DNA of 64,000 nucleotides from Acidobacteriota bacterium (GCA_018268785.1 JAFDVY010000004.1:24735-88734); one strand, 5' to 3'; positions 38,350 to 48,374 are shown, counted from the first letter of the stretch. A program made the numbers and translations. Notes: generated from the letters alone by a model not told the origin.

Positions 38350-39699
38350 TCAGCTCGCAGAAAGGGCGGCGTCGGCAATCGCAAGTCCAGCGTCAAGCGC
38401 CGCGACCCCCGCATCCACTTCTGCTTCCGTAATAATCAGCGGCGGTGCAATCACAAAATGGCTCACCCAGGCCTGCAGCGCCACTCCACGCTTCATCGCC
38501 TCCGCGGCGACTTGATCCACCACCATCGGCTTCCCCTCAATTTTATCGCGCATGGTGTTGAACGGCTGCTTGGTCTGCTTGTCTTTCACCAGCTCAACAG
38601 CCCAAAATAGCCCGATCCCGCGCACATCGCCAATTGACGGATGCTTTGCGGCAAGCGCTTTCAATTTTTCTCCCAGATATGCGCCGATCTTGTTCGCGCG
38701 GTTCACCAGGTCCAATCGTTGCATTTCGTGAATCGTCGCCACGGCCGGGGCGAGCGTCATCGGATGCGCTTCATAGGTATGTCCGTGAGCAAAATAGTGA
38801 TCGTCGAAATGTGCGGCGATTTTCGAAGTCGTCGCGCAAAGACCCAGCGGAACGTATGCCGAAGTGATGCCCTTAGCCGTCACTAAAATGTCGGGCTGCA
38901 CTCCCCAATTGTCTACTGCGAACCATTTGCCGGTGCGCCCCCAGCCGGTCATCACTTCGTCGGCAATCATCAGCACGCCGTGCGCATCGCAGATTTTGCG
39001 AATCTTCGGAAAATATTCAGCCGGAGGAATGAGAACGCCATTGGTCCCGGTTATGGGCTCAAGAATGATTGCCGCAACATTGCTCTCGTTGACGATCATA
39101 TGTTCCACGTAATCCGCACACGCCACACCGCAGGAGGGATACGTGTGCTTGATCGGGCAGTTGTAGCAATTCACTTCTGGCGCAAAAATAAATCCCTGTG
39201 CCTTGCCCGCCGGCTCCATCGCCCAGCGTCGCGGGTCCCCCGTCGCCGCAATCGAAGCTGTCGTCGAGCCGTGGTAGGAGCGGTAACGCGCGATGATTTT
39301 TGTTTTGCCCGTATACATCCGCGCAATCTTGAACGCGGCCTCGTTGGCATCAGTCCCGGAAGTCGTAAAAAAGTATTTCTCCAGCCCTTTCGGCAAGACT
39401 TTCAGCAACAGATTGCTCAATTCCGCCCGCGCAGTCGACGCATACCCCGGCGCAATATACGGCAAAGTACGCGCTTGCTCTTCAATCGAACGAATCACCG
39501 CGGGATTCTTATGCCCAAGGTTGACGCACATCAACTGCGAAGAAAAATCGAGATACCGCTTTCCGGCTGCATCAATGAAATAGCAACCTTCGGCATCCAC
39601 CACATGCAGCGGGTTCCAGCTTTTTTGAAAGCGCCACGTGCCGTAGTTCAGCTTTTTCGTGGATTCAACAACTTGTGCGGACGTAAGTGATTCACTCAT
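38350..39699 (-). CDS. Class III (omega-type) PLP aminotransferase
   Basis: SGTDANEAAFKIAR, ILEPITGTNGV and DEVMTGWGRTGKWFA are class III motifs. The gene context suggests beta-alanine:pyruvate/2-oxoglutarate transaminase, which is inference. Confidence 0.85.
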   Translation of the reverse strand: MSESLTSAQVVESTKKLNYGTWRFQKSWNPLHVVDAEGCYFIDAAGKRYLDFSSQLMCVNLGHKNPAVIRSIEEQARTLPYIAPGYASTARAELSNLLLKVLPKGLEKYFFTTSGTDANEAAFKIARMYTGKTKIIARYRSYHGSTTASIAATGDPRRWAMEPAGKAQGFIFAPEVNCYNCPIKHTYPSCGVACADYVEHMIVNESNVAAIILEPITGTNGVLIPPAEYFPKIRKICDAHGVLMIADEVMTGWGRTGKWFAVDNWGVQPDILVTAKGITSAYVPLGLCATTSKIAAHFDDHYFAHGHTYEAHPMTLAPAVATIHEMQRLDLVNRANKIGAYLGEKLKALAAKHPSIGDVRGIGLFWAVELVKDKQTKQPFNTMRDKIEGKPMVVDQVAAEAMKRGVALQAWVSHFVIAPPLIITEAEVDAGVAALDAGLAIADAALSAS

Positions 39700-39757
39700 T
39701 GCAAAATGTCCTCTGCGATAGGAAGAATGGTCGATCTGTGCAGCTTTGTTGAAGCGT

Positions 39758-41182
39758 TCAGGGTTTAACTGGGTTCGCCTGCGCTGCCCGGCCAGCGTTT
39801 CCTGATACTTTGCCCATCAACAGGCAATACACGCCGGCGGAAATCAGGAATCCGACGAACCATGCGTAATCATACAGCCATCGCAGCGATTCCACACGCA
39901 GTCCAATGAGTGCGACACAAACTCCCAGTCCCAGTGCAATAAGGGACTTGACATTAAACCCTGCGGAATATTCATACGCGCCGCCGCGCCGGTACAGCTC
40001 TTCCAGATTCAGGCTGCGCTTTCGAACGATGAAATAGTCCGCGATCATGATGCCCGCTATCGGCCCTAGCAAGCCGGAATAACCCACGAGCCAGCCGTTG
40101 ATATAGCGGTCCGCATTCGCAAGCAATTTCCACGGCATCATCAGAATTCCTATGACCCCGGTAATCAGCCCGCCCGTTCGAAACGAAATCAGCCGCGGAT
40201 TCAGGTTCGAAAAATCGTTCGAAGGCGAAACAACGTTCGCGGCAACATTTGTATTCAACGTCGCAATCAGCAGCGCGACCAGGGCGATGGACGCGATCAC
40301 CGGTTCATGAAAGCGGCCAAGCAGCGCGACCGGATCCCAAATCGCGGTTCCAAACAAAACAACGGAAGCAGACGTCACCGCTACGCCGATAAAGGAATAG
40401 AGCGTCATCGCCGTCGGCAGTCCCAGCGCCTGGCCCATCATTTGCGCCTTTTGCGATTTCGCATAGCGCGTAAAGTCGGGAATGTTCAGCGCAACAGTGG
40501 CCCAAAAACCAACCATCGCCGTCAGCGATGGAACAAAGACGTGTAGAAACTCGCCGGTCGTCTTGAATTTGCTGGGCGTGCTCAATACAGGTCCCAGCCC
40601 GCCGGCCTTTCGCGTAATCCACCACAACAAAAGCAGACCGACGCCCAACATAAACGGTGCGCCAACGCCTTCCAGAAATTTGATCGTTTCAATGCCGCGC
40701 CAGATCACCACCATATTCAAAAACCAAAACGCAAAAAAACACACCCACGAAACGCCTTCATGGCCCGCAATGCCCGGCCACAACACACCCAGCATCGAAT
40801 AAATCGCCTGCCCGCCAATCCATGCTTGGATTCCAAACCAGCCGCAGGCCACCAGCGCGCGCAGGACCGCGGGAACATTCGCTCCTCGCACTCCAAATGA
40901 AGCGCGAACGTAAACCGGAAACGGAATCCCATATTTCGTTCCCGCGTGCGCGTTCAAAATCATTGGGATCAGGACAATCAAGTTGCCGAGTAGAATCGTG
41001 CCGATCGCCTGCTTCCAGCTCATGCCGCTCGCTATCAATCCGGACGCAAGCATGTACGTCGGAATGCAGACGCTCATCGCCACCCAGAGCGACGCGTAGT
41101 TGTACGTGCCCCACGTGCGGCGCTCCAGCGGAATCGGTGCGAGATCTTCGTTGTATAAGGATGCGTCGTGGCCGGCGCTCAT
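39758..41182 (-). CDS. NCS1 family nucleobase:cation symporter
   Basis: ORF 39758..41386 trimmed to ATG 41182, which overlaps the upstream stop as ATGA. NEDLAPIPLERRTWG N-terminal motif and 12 TM helices. Confidence 0.85.
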   Translation of the reverse strand: MSAGHDASLYNEDLAPIPLERRTWGTYNYASLWVAMSVCIPTYMLASGLIASGMSWKQAIGTILLGNLIVLIPMILNAHAGTKYGIPFPVYVRASFGVRGANVPAVLRALVACGWFGIQAWIGGQAIYSMLGVLWPGIAGHEGVSWVCFFAFWFLNMVVIWRGIETIKFLEGVGAPFMLGVGLLLLWWITRKAGGLGPVLSTPSKFKTTGEFLHVFVPSLTAMVGFWATVALNIPDFTRYAKSQKAQMMGQALGLPTAMTLYSFIGVAVTSASVVLFGTAIWDPVALLGRFHEPVIASIALVALLIATLNTNVAANVVSPSNDFSNLNPRLISFRTGGLITGVIGILMMPWKLLANADRYINGWLVGYSGLLGPIAGIMIADYFIVRKRSLNLEELYRRGGAYEYSAGFNVKSLIALGLGVCVALIGLRVESLRWLYDYAWFVGFLISAGVYCLLMGKVSGNAGRAAQANPVKP

Positions 41183-42570
41183 GCCCAGGCACCGCCGCGT
41201 GCTGTGCGTCGTAAATAGGACCCGCGCCCCGCTTTGCCGAGATATTTTCCATTCTCGACAATCTGCTCTCCGCGTGAAAAAACTTGCCGTGCATTCCCTC
41301 TTACGCGAAATCCTTCGAACATCGAATAGTCCACCCGCATGTTGTGCGTCTTTGCGCTGATTGTATGTTCGGCCTTCGGATCCCAAACAACGATGTCCGC
41401 GTCGCTTCCCGCCGCAAGCGTTCCCTTTTTCGGATACATCCCAAAAATTCGCGCTGGCGCAGTCGACACAATCTCCACGAAACGGTTCAAGGTAATCTTT
41501 CCTTCGTTCACGCCATGATGATGCAAAAGGTGAAGCCGGTTTTCAATTCCTGGCCCGCCATTGGGAATCTTCGTGAAGTCGTCTTTCCCGAGCACTTTCT
41601 GGTCTTCAAAGCAAAACGGGCAGTGATCCGTCGAAACCACTTGCAGATTGTCGTCTTTCAATCCGTCCCAAAGCTTGGGTAAATTCTCTTTTTCACGAAG
41701 TGGCGGGGTAAAAACGTACTTCGCGCCTTCAAATCCTGGCCGTTTCAACTCATCAATGGAAAGCAGCAGGTACTGCGGACAAGTTTCCGCAAACGCCGGG
41801 ACGCCCCGGCTCCGTGCCTCTCGCACCTGATTGAGAGCAGCCTCCGAGGAAAGATGCACGATGTAAACCGGGGCATGCGCAATTTCCGCCAGCGCGATCG
41901 CGCGATTCACCGCCTCCGCTTCGGCAATCGTAGGACGCGTCAGCGCGTGGTACACCGGCGCCGTTTTCCCGTCCGCGAGCGCCTGCTGCACGATCACGTC
42001 GATCACGCTGCCGTTCTCCGCATGCATGCAGATCAGCGCGCCATTCTTCGAAGTCTGCTTCAGCGCCTTGAAAATCGTCGCGTCGTCCACCATCAGCACG
42101 TTCGGGTAGGCCATGAATAGCTTGAAGCTGGCCACGCCTTCCTTGACCATCTCGTCCATGTCTTCCAGGCCCGCGCCGCCAAGATCGGTCACGATCATGT
42201 GCAGGCCGTAATCAATGCATGCTTTGTTCTGCGCTTTTTTCCACCAGGTATCCAGCGCGTCGCGCATTTTTGTGCCGCGCCCCTGAATCGCAAAATCGAC
42301 GATCGATGTCGTCCCGCCGATTGCGGCGGCGCGTGTGCCGGTTTCAAAATCGTCACTGGAAGTCGTGCCGCCAAACGGCATGTCGAGATGCGTATGTGCA
42401 TCAATTCCGCCCGGCAGCAACAACATTCCCGTCGCATCCAACGTTTTATGCGCGGTTGCAGCGGCAATTCCGGCGCGAATCTCTTTGATCGTTTCGCCTT
42501 CCACCAAAATGTCTGCGGCAAAACTCTTCTCCGCCGTAACTACCGTGCCGTTCCGAATGAGCAGTCCCAT
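41179..42570 (-). CDS. Dihydropyrimidinase (D-hydantoinase)
   Basis: ORF trimmed to ATG 42570, which overlaps the preA stop by 1 nt. MGLLIRNGTVVTAE...LLPGGIDAHTHLDMPFGG carries the HxH metal site, with the cyclic amidohydrolase pattern throughout. Confidence 0.9.
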   Translation of the reverse strand: MGLLIRNGTVVTAEKSFAADILVEGETIKEIRAGIAAATAHKTLDATGMLLLPGGIDAHTHLDMPFGGTTSSDDFETGTRAAAIGGTTSIVDFAIQGRGTKMRDALDTWWKKAQNKACIDYGLHMIVTDLGGAGLEDMDEMVKEGVASFKLFMAYPNVLMVDDATIFKALKQTSKNGALICMHAENGSVIDVIVQQALADGKTAPVYHALTRPTIAEAEAVNRAIALAEIAHAPVYIVHLSSEAALNQVREARSRGVPAFAETCPQYLLLSIDELKRPGFEGAKYVFTPPLREKENLPKLWDGLKDDNLQVVSTDHCPFCFEDQKVLGKDDFTKIPNGGPGIENRLHLLHHHGVNEGKITLNRFVEIVSTAPARIFGMYPKKGTLAAGSDADIVVWDPKAEHTISAKTHNMRVDYSMFEGFRVRGNARQVFSRGEQIVENGKYLGKAGRGSYLRRTARGGAWA

Positions 42571-43988
42571 CAGTCGTTTTTCCTTCCCAAAGTCGCCGCG
42601 CCGCTCGTGCGTTGCTCCCAAGACTGCGATGCCAGATGCGTTTCCACCTGCTCCATCGTGATGCAGTCTTCCACCGGACAAACCAGCGAACACAAATTGC
42701 ACCCGACACATTCCGCCTCATCCACGCGTGGAATTCGCGAAAGCGGTGTTGGATACGGTTCTTTGCCTTTGCTGGCCGTAGCATGATCCAGCTTGGGAAT
42801 CGGCGTCATCGAAATCCGTTGCTTACTCTCAGCCTCGTGCATCGCCGGCGTCGCATGATGGCCGTTGCTCTGCCCTGCTCGATCCAGATGAATGCATTGA
42901 TGCGCGCCATCCCAGCACGCCGTATAACAAAGTTCGCAGCCGATACATTTCTCTTCATGAATGCGCGCCACGATTTTGTAGTTCAGGTTCAGGTGCTTCC
43001 ACTCCTGCACGCGCGCCAGACTCAGTCCCTGAAAATCTGAAATGTTCGCAAACCCCTTTTCGCGCATCCAGTTCGCAAGCCCGTCGGCCATGTCTTCTAC
43101 AATCCGGTAGCCGTAATGCATCACTGCCGTACAAACCTGCACATTGCCGCACCCCAGCAAAAGGAATTCCACCGCGTCGCGCCAATCCGAAACGCCGCCA
43201 ATTCCACTCAAGGGCAGCTTCGCCTCCGGATCGCTCTGCACCTGTTGAACCATATTCAGCGCAATCGGTTTCACGGCAGGCCCGCAATAGCCGCCGTGAG
43301 AAGATTTGCCATCCACATTTGGCCGCGGAACAAAAGTATCCAGGTCAATTCCCGTAATCGAATTGATCGTGTTAATCGCTGAAAGCCCGTCCGCGCCGCC
43401 GCGTTTGGCCGCACGCGCCACCACGCGAATGTCCGAAATATTTGGAGTCAACTTCACCAGCACAGGTGTGCGAGCCTTTTCTTTCACCCAGCCCGTGATC
43501 ATTTCCGTGTATTCGGGAACCTGGCCCACGGCGCTTCCCATTCCGCGTTCACTCATGCCATGCGGACACCCGAAATTCAGTTCCAATCCGTCCGCACCGG
43601 CATCTTCCGACTGCTTCACGATGGTGTGCCACGCTTCGCGCTTCGATTCGACCATCAGCGAAGCAATCACCGCCTGTTTGGGATAACGCTTCTTAACTTC
43701 CGCAATTTCGCGCAGATTCACTTCGAGCGGCCTGTCGGTAATCAGCTCGATGTTGTTAAATCCCATCATCCGCTGGCCATTCCAATCCACGGAAGAATAT
43801 CGCGACGAAACATTCACAATCGGATCGCCGATCGTTTTCCACACGGCGCCGCCCCACCCCGCGTCAAACGCGCGCATCACTTGCTCGCCGCAATTCGTGG
43901 GCGGAGCCGACGCCAGCCAAAAGGGATTCGGCGAGACAATTCCCGCCAGATTGACTGAGAGATTTGGAGTCGTTTTGCGCTCAACCAT
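42570..43988 (-). CDS. preA: NAD-dependent dihydropyrimidine dehydrogenase, PreA subunit
   Basis: ORF trimmed to ATG 43988 (8-nt overlap with preT). Dihydroorotate-dehydrogenase-like barrel (LELNFGCPHGM) and two C-terminal 4Fe-4S motifs (CIGCELCYTAC and CVGCNLCSLVCP). Confidence 0.85.
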   Translation of the reverse strand: MVERKTTPNLSVNLAGIVSPNPFWLASAPPTNCGEQVMRAFDAGWGGAVWKTIGDPIVNVSSRYSSVDWNGQRMMGFNNIELITDRPLEVNLREIAEVKKRYPKQAVIASLMVESKREAWHTIVKQSEDAGADGLELNFGCPHGMSERGMGSAVGQVPEYTEMITGWVKEKARTPVLVKLTPNISDIRVVARAAKRGGADGLSAINTINSITGIDLDTFVPRPNVDGKSSHGGYCGPAVKPIALNMVQQVQSDPEAKLPLSGIGGVSDWRDAVEFLLLGCGNVQVCTAVMHYGYRIVEDMADGLANWMREKGFANISDFQGLSLARVQEWKHLNLNYKIVARIHEEKCIGCELCYTACWDGAHQCIHLDRAGQSNGHHATPAMHEAESKQRISMTPIPKLDHATASKGKEPYPTPLSRIPRVDEAECVGCNLCSLVCPVEDCITMEQVETHLASQSWEQRTSGAATLGRKND

Positions 43989-45312
43989 GAATCTTCTCCA
44001 GCAATTGCGCGGCGGCCAGCGCAGCACGCTTTCCATCCGCCACTGCGTCCACCACTTCCCTGCCGCCGTTCACACAATCCCCGCCGGCAAAATATTTTGC
44101 ATGAGAGGTTTGCCCCGTCGCGCGGTCCACGCTCACTCGGCCATTTTCAAGCTTAACTCCGCGGCAAGCCTGCAAAAACTCGAGCAGCGGCGATTGCCCA
44201 ATCGCTGAAATCACCATGTCGCAGGGAATTGTGAAGTGCGACCCGGGCAGGTGCCTGAAACTTTGCCCATCCATCTCGACCTTCATGCACTCCATTCCGC
44301 TAATTTTCTTTTCATCGCCCACTAGTTTCACCGGCTGCGTCCACCAACGAAACTTCACGCCTTCTTCTCTCGCATGTTCGTATTCAAACAAAAAAGCGGA
44401 CATGCTCGATTCATCTCGCCGGTAAACAATCTGCACATCCTGCGCCCCAAGCCGTACCGCGGCGCGCGCCGCGTCTATGGCCGTGTTTCCGGCGCCCAAC
44501 ACCACAACGCGGCCACCCACTTTCAGATTTCTGCCTGTTTTGTACTCTTCAATGAATTTCAGAGCATCCACGACTCCAGGCAGTTCTTCTCCGGGGATTC
44601 CCAGCAAACGAATCTTGCCAAGTCCCACGCCCAGAAAAATAAAATCGAACTCTCTCTCCAACGCCGCCAAGGCTGCTTCTCCGCTGATGTTGCGGCCAAA
44701 CTGGAAATCCACTCCAAGCTCGCGGATCAAATCTATCTCCCGCAAACTGTCGCTCGCGCGCAGCTTGTATTCCGCCACTCCATACGTATTCAACCCGCCG
44801 GGCAGAGGCTTGCGTTCAAAAATCGCGGCCGAAAATCCGCGCTGGCGCAGTTCTGCGGCAAACGCAAGCGACGCGGGCCCTGCGCCGATGCACGCGACTT
44901 TTCCTGCGCGCCGTTCCGTCGTCTTCGCCGCAAGCACCGCTCCGTTCCGATAAAACGCATCCATCGCAAAGCGCTGCAGCCGCCCAATCTCAATCGGCTG
45001 TTTGTTGTAGCGGTGATAAACGCACGCGCCTTCGCAAAGCACGTCTACCGGACAAACGCGCGAACAGCTCGCCCCCAAAATATTCGCATCCAGAATCGTC
45101 AGCGCAGATCCGCGCAAATTTCCCTGTGAAATTTTCTTGATGAAGCGAGGGACGTCGATATGCGTGGGGCATGCTGCCGTACAAGGTGCGTCGAAACAGT
45201 ACAAACACCGGTTCGCTTCAATCGTGGCACCGCTCTTGTCAAACGGCGGATGGATGTCCGGAAATCGCGCAGTAACTTCCGGATTCTCTTCGTACTTGTT
45301 CCCCGTGGACAC
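43981..45312 (-). CDS. preT: NAD-dependent dihydropyrimidine dehydrogenase, PreT subunit (GltD-like)
   Basis: ORF 43981..45342 (TTG) trimmed to GTG 45312, which has AGGAGG 5 nt upstream. FeS motif CLYCFDAPCTAACP and two Rossmann motifs (CIGAGPASLAFA and VVVLGAGNTAIDAA). Confidence 0.8.
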   Translation of the reverse strand: MSTGNKYEENPEVTARFPDIHPPFDKSGATIEANRCLYCFDAPCTAACPTHIDVPRFIKKISQGNLRGSALTILDANILGASCSRVCPVDVLCEGACVYHRYNKQPIEIGRLQRFAMDAFYRNGAVLAAKTTERRAGKVACIGAGPASLAFAAELRQRGFSAAIFERKPLPGGLNTYGVAEYKLRASDSLREIDLIRELGVDFQFGRNISGEAALAALEREFDFIFLGVGLGKIRLLGIPGEELPGVVDALKFIEEYKTGRNLKVGGRVVVLGAGNTAIDAARAAVRLGAQDVQIVYRRDESSMSAFLFEYEHAREEGVKFRWWTQPVKLVGDEKKISGMECMKVEMDGQSFRHLPGSHFTIPCDMVISAIGQSPLLEFLQACRGVKLENGRVSVDRATGQTSHAKYFAGGDCVNGGREVVDAVADGKRAALAAAQLLEKIHG

Positions 45313-45449
45313 ATCACCCTCCTGGGCGATGCAACTCCGCAACTCCCATCATCCAATGCCGCTTATTCTTTCCGATACTATAGCGCCGCTGCGGCAAATA
45401 ATTCTCTTTCGTTCCAGCAGCGCATCATGCGAATCGCCGCACGCGTATA

Positions 45450-45914
45450 ATGCACACGATGAACCATCCGCTGGATCATTCCGCCATGCTTGCCGTAGCC
45501 ATTGCCGAAGCGCGCCAAGGCCTCGCGGAAGGCGGCATTCCCATCGGTGCGGCAATTTTTGACGCTAGCGGAAATCTCGTCGGCTCCGGCCACAATCGCC
45601 GCGTGCAAAACGGCGATCCTTCCCTCCACGGCGAAACCGACGCCTTCCGCAACGCCGGCCGCCAGCGTAGCTACCGCAACCTCATCATGGTCACCACGCT
45701 CGCCCCCTGCTGGTATTGCAGCGGCCTTGTCCGCCAGTTCGGATTCGGCAAAGTCATCGTCGGCGAAAGACGCAACTTTCAAGGCGGCGCAGACTGGCTC
45801 CGTTCCCTCGGAATCGAAGTCATCGATCTCAACTCCGCCGAATGTTTCGAACTCCTCGCAAACTACATCCGTGAAAATCCTGCCGTATGGAACGAAGACA
45901 TCGGCGAAGAATAG
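45450..45914 (+). CDS. CMP/dCMP-type zinc deaminase (yeast-type cytosine deaminase-like)
   Basis: Zinc ligand motifs SLHGETDAF (H-x-E) and LAPCWYCSG (PCxxC). 154 aa. Transcribed divergently from the pyrimidine operon. Confidence 0.8.
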   Translation: MHTMNHPLDHSAMLAVAIAEARQGLAEGGIPIGAAIFDASGNLVGSGHNRRVQNGDPSLHGETDAFRNAGRQRSYRNLIMVTTLAPCWYCSGLVRQFGFGKVIVGERRNFQGGADWLRSLGIEVIDLNSAECFELLANYIRENPAVWNEDIGEE

Positions 45915-45938
45915 CCGTCCGATTGCCGCACTCGAATT

Positions 45939-45976
45939 CTTCTCCGCGTTCTCTGTGATCTCTGTGTTGAGAAAAC
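45939..45976. repeat. 38-nt short dispersed repeat, copy 2 (partner 6818..6855)
   Basis: cttctccgcgttctctgtgatctctgtgttgagaaaac, 31 of 38 positions identical to copy 1. It lies in the convergent intergenic region. Confidence 0.7.
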
Positions 45977-46044
45977 ATTCACGACTAACGCAGCCGGCCC
46001 CATCTCGCACAAGCCAAGGGGACTACAATTTCGTTTGGTGGATT

Positions 46045-46590
46045 CTAGAACAATCCGGCTTTGTTCCAGGCTTGAACTTCTGCCTCTACGGAGAAAACGT
46101 CCTGTCGGCGCGAGGCAAATCTACCATCAAGTTCATAGGCATTTTTCTCCAGCGGAATGGCCTCATACGATCCGCCATTCAAAAAGCCCTTCACGTACTT
46201 TTGAGCAAAGCCCTCAAGTCCGAATTTTTCGTATTGGACAACATGCACAAGCTCATGGAACAACAACCGATCGGAAAAAGGCTCGTGGGACACCACCGTA
46301 TCAACAAGGGTAATCGCCGCCATGCGCGCAAAATTGGGCAAGTCCTCGGCTCCAAATCCGAATTGCCCAAGCTGACTGTAGAACGGCGGATTGCCGATTC
46401 GCTCGCGTTTCAGAACTAGGACTCTTGCAGTAAGCGCGGAGTTCGGGAAGAACGGACGCATCGCCGTCGCCTGTGCATCGCTTAATGGCGCAGCGCGATC
46501 TCGATACATTTTGCGCAAATCGGAAATGTATTCGCTCACCTGCTGAACAATCCACGCAATCTGGAAACTGGCAAGCTGCGGCAGTGGCAC
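46045..46590 (-). CDS. Hypothetical protein with an HExxH zinc-metallopeptidase-like motif
   Basis: GTG start with GGAGG 4 nt upstream. DRLLFHELVHVVQYEKFG holds the HExxH. No signal peptide. Confidence 0.55.
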   Translation of the reverse strand: MPLPQLASFQIAWIVQQVSEYISDLRKMYRDRAAPLSDAQATAMRPFFPNSALTARVLVLKRERIGNPPFYSQLGQFGFGAEDLPNFARMAAITLVDTVVSHEPFSDRLLFHELVHVVQYEKFGLEGFAQKYVKGFLNGGSYEAIPLEKNAYELDGRFASRRQDVFSVEAEVQAWNKAGLF

Positions 46591-46880
46591 AAAACCTCCG
46601 GTCTATTTAAACTCTCCCGTCTCCGCCCATTCTCCGCGAACTCGGCGCCCGCCTTATCATTTTTCTTTCAAGGGTCATCAAAGACCGCAACTCCTTCTTG
46701 CCTAAGACCTTATCTCTCCGTTCGAACAAATTTCCACAGCTCATTCGAATTACCCATCAATTAATTGTTGCTTTATTGAACTAACCTTGCTACTCTGTCC
46801 GGTGTAACTTGCCTCAACCCGCTCTGTCGTTCCTTCCATTCACTGGATCAAATCGCCCGCCTTCGGCCTTGCACTCTCAG

Positions 46881-47000
46881 CCTCTAACCCCCTTTAGATT
46901 CAACACATACAGATTTGATAGAAAACAAAGGACTTTAAGTTCCTTTAGAATCAACACTTACGAAAAAAGGGGAGGGGGGTGCCAGTTATGGTTAAACAGC
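46881..47000. repeat. ~120-bp dispersed repeat, copy B (inverted relative to 14044..14163)
   Basis: See copy A. Weaker similarity extends to about 47017. It lies just downstream of the MFS gene stop at 47070. Confidence 0.8.
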
Positions 47001-47069
47001 TACCTCTTCTCTGACGCTACGCGTTCCTGGAAGCGGAATGAAGCCAGGCTCGGCGGACATGCCGAGTGT

Positions 47070-48362
47070 TCAATTTTCTTCCGAGTCGAGACGTTTTTGC
47101 GGATCAACGAAGAGCCAGCACAAAGCGCCGCACAGGCACAGTACCGCGGCCACAAGAAACGCGGACGTCCAGCCGAACCAGGAAGCAATCAAGGGAGTCA
47201 GCGACGCCGTAATCACGCCGCCGATCTGATTCCCCATGTTCATGAATCCCGAAACGCTGCCGGAAGAAGCTCCGCCAATATCCGCGGTCACCGACCAGAA
47301 CGAACTCTGCGAAAGGTAGAGCGCGCCAGCCCCGCCGGCGAGCACGAAAATCGCCACCTGCGTATTCTGCGCGCGCGAGCCGATCACCAGAAAAATCGCA
47401 GCCAGAACCATTGCGAAGACCGCCACGCCGCCGCGTCCTGCGCGCGAACCCTTGCTCTTTGCAATGGCATCGCTTACGAAGCCTCCGAGCGGAGAGCAGA
47501 TCGCCATCGCAATAAACGGCAACATCGAATAGAGCGCGCTCGCTTTCAAATTCAGTCCGCGCACTTTAGCAAGGTAAATAAAAAACCAATTAAAAAATAT
47601 CCACGCGACATAGCCGTAAGTGAAGTAGCTCAGAGTGACGGCAAGAACTTCCTTGCTTTGCAACATTCTTGCCCAGGAAATCAGTTTCGGTTTCTGTTGA
47701 AACGAAGGGGTTGGCAATCCTGCTTTGATTTTCGCAAGTTCGCTTGCCGAAACCTCTGGATGCTCTTCCGGAGTATTTCGCGCAATCAGGTACCACACAA
47801 AACCCACAATCAGTCCCAGAGCCGCACATACAAGAAAAGAACTGCGCCAGCCATGGCGCAACATGATGTACGTGATCAGTGGCGGCGTAAATCCGGCGCC
47901 AACTCCAACGCCGGAGAAAATGAATCCGTTCGCAAGTCCGCGCTCGGAGCTGGGAATCCAGCGCGCCACAAATTGATTCGATGCGGGATACATCACCGCT
48001 TCGCCGGCGCCCAAAGCGAAACGCAAAGGGATGAGTACCAGCAGAGCCGCGTGAAAACCATGGGGAACAATCGCCGTGAGCGCGGAGAAGATTCCCCACC
48101 AGACTACGGCAAGCGCGAGGACTCGTCTCGCGCCGAGTTTGTCCGCGAGCCTTCCGCCAGGAGTTTGAAACAGTGCATAGCCCGCGAGGAACGCGCTGAA
48201 AATCCATCCGAGTTGAATATTGGAAAGGCGAAATTCGCTTTGCAGGAGAGGGCCCGCAATCGCAATATTCACTCGGTCGAGGTAAGCTACGGCGCTGAGC
48301 ACAAACAGCCAAAAGATCAGCGCCCAGCGAATGTGGCTTGTTTTTCCGGCGGTCAAGTGCAC
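47070..48362 (-). CDS. MFS transporter, anion:cation symporter (sugar-acid/ACS-like) type
   Basis: 12 TM helices. The N-terminal IRWALIFWLFVLSAVAYLDRVNIAIAGP and GGRLADKLGARR motifs are typical of the DgoT/GudP/ExuT-like ACS family. Confidence 0.85.
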   Translation of the reverse strand: MHLTAGKTSHIRWALIFWLFVLSAVAYLDRVNIAIAGPLLQSEFRLSNIQLGWIFSAFLAGYALFQTPGGRLADKLGARRVLALAVVWWGIFSALTAIVPHGFHAALLVLIPLRFALGAGEAVMYPASNQFVARWIPSSERGLANGFIFSGVGVGAGFTPPLITYIMLRHGWRSSFLVCAALGLIVGFVWYLIARNTPEEHPEVSASELAKIKAGLPTPSFQQKPKLISWARMLQSKEVLAVTLSYFTYGYVAWIFFNWFFIYLAKVRGLNLKASALYSMLPFIAMAICSPLGGFVSDAIAKSKGSRAGRGGVAVFAMVLAAIFLVIGSRAQNTQVAIFVLAGGAGALYLSQSSFWSVTADIGGASSGSVSGFMNMGNQIGGVITASLTPLIASWFGWTSAFLVAAVLCLCGALCWLFVDPQKRLDSEEN

Positions 48363-48374
48363 TCCCCGTTTTCC

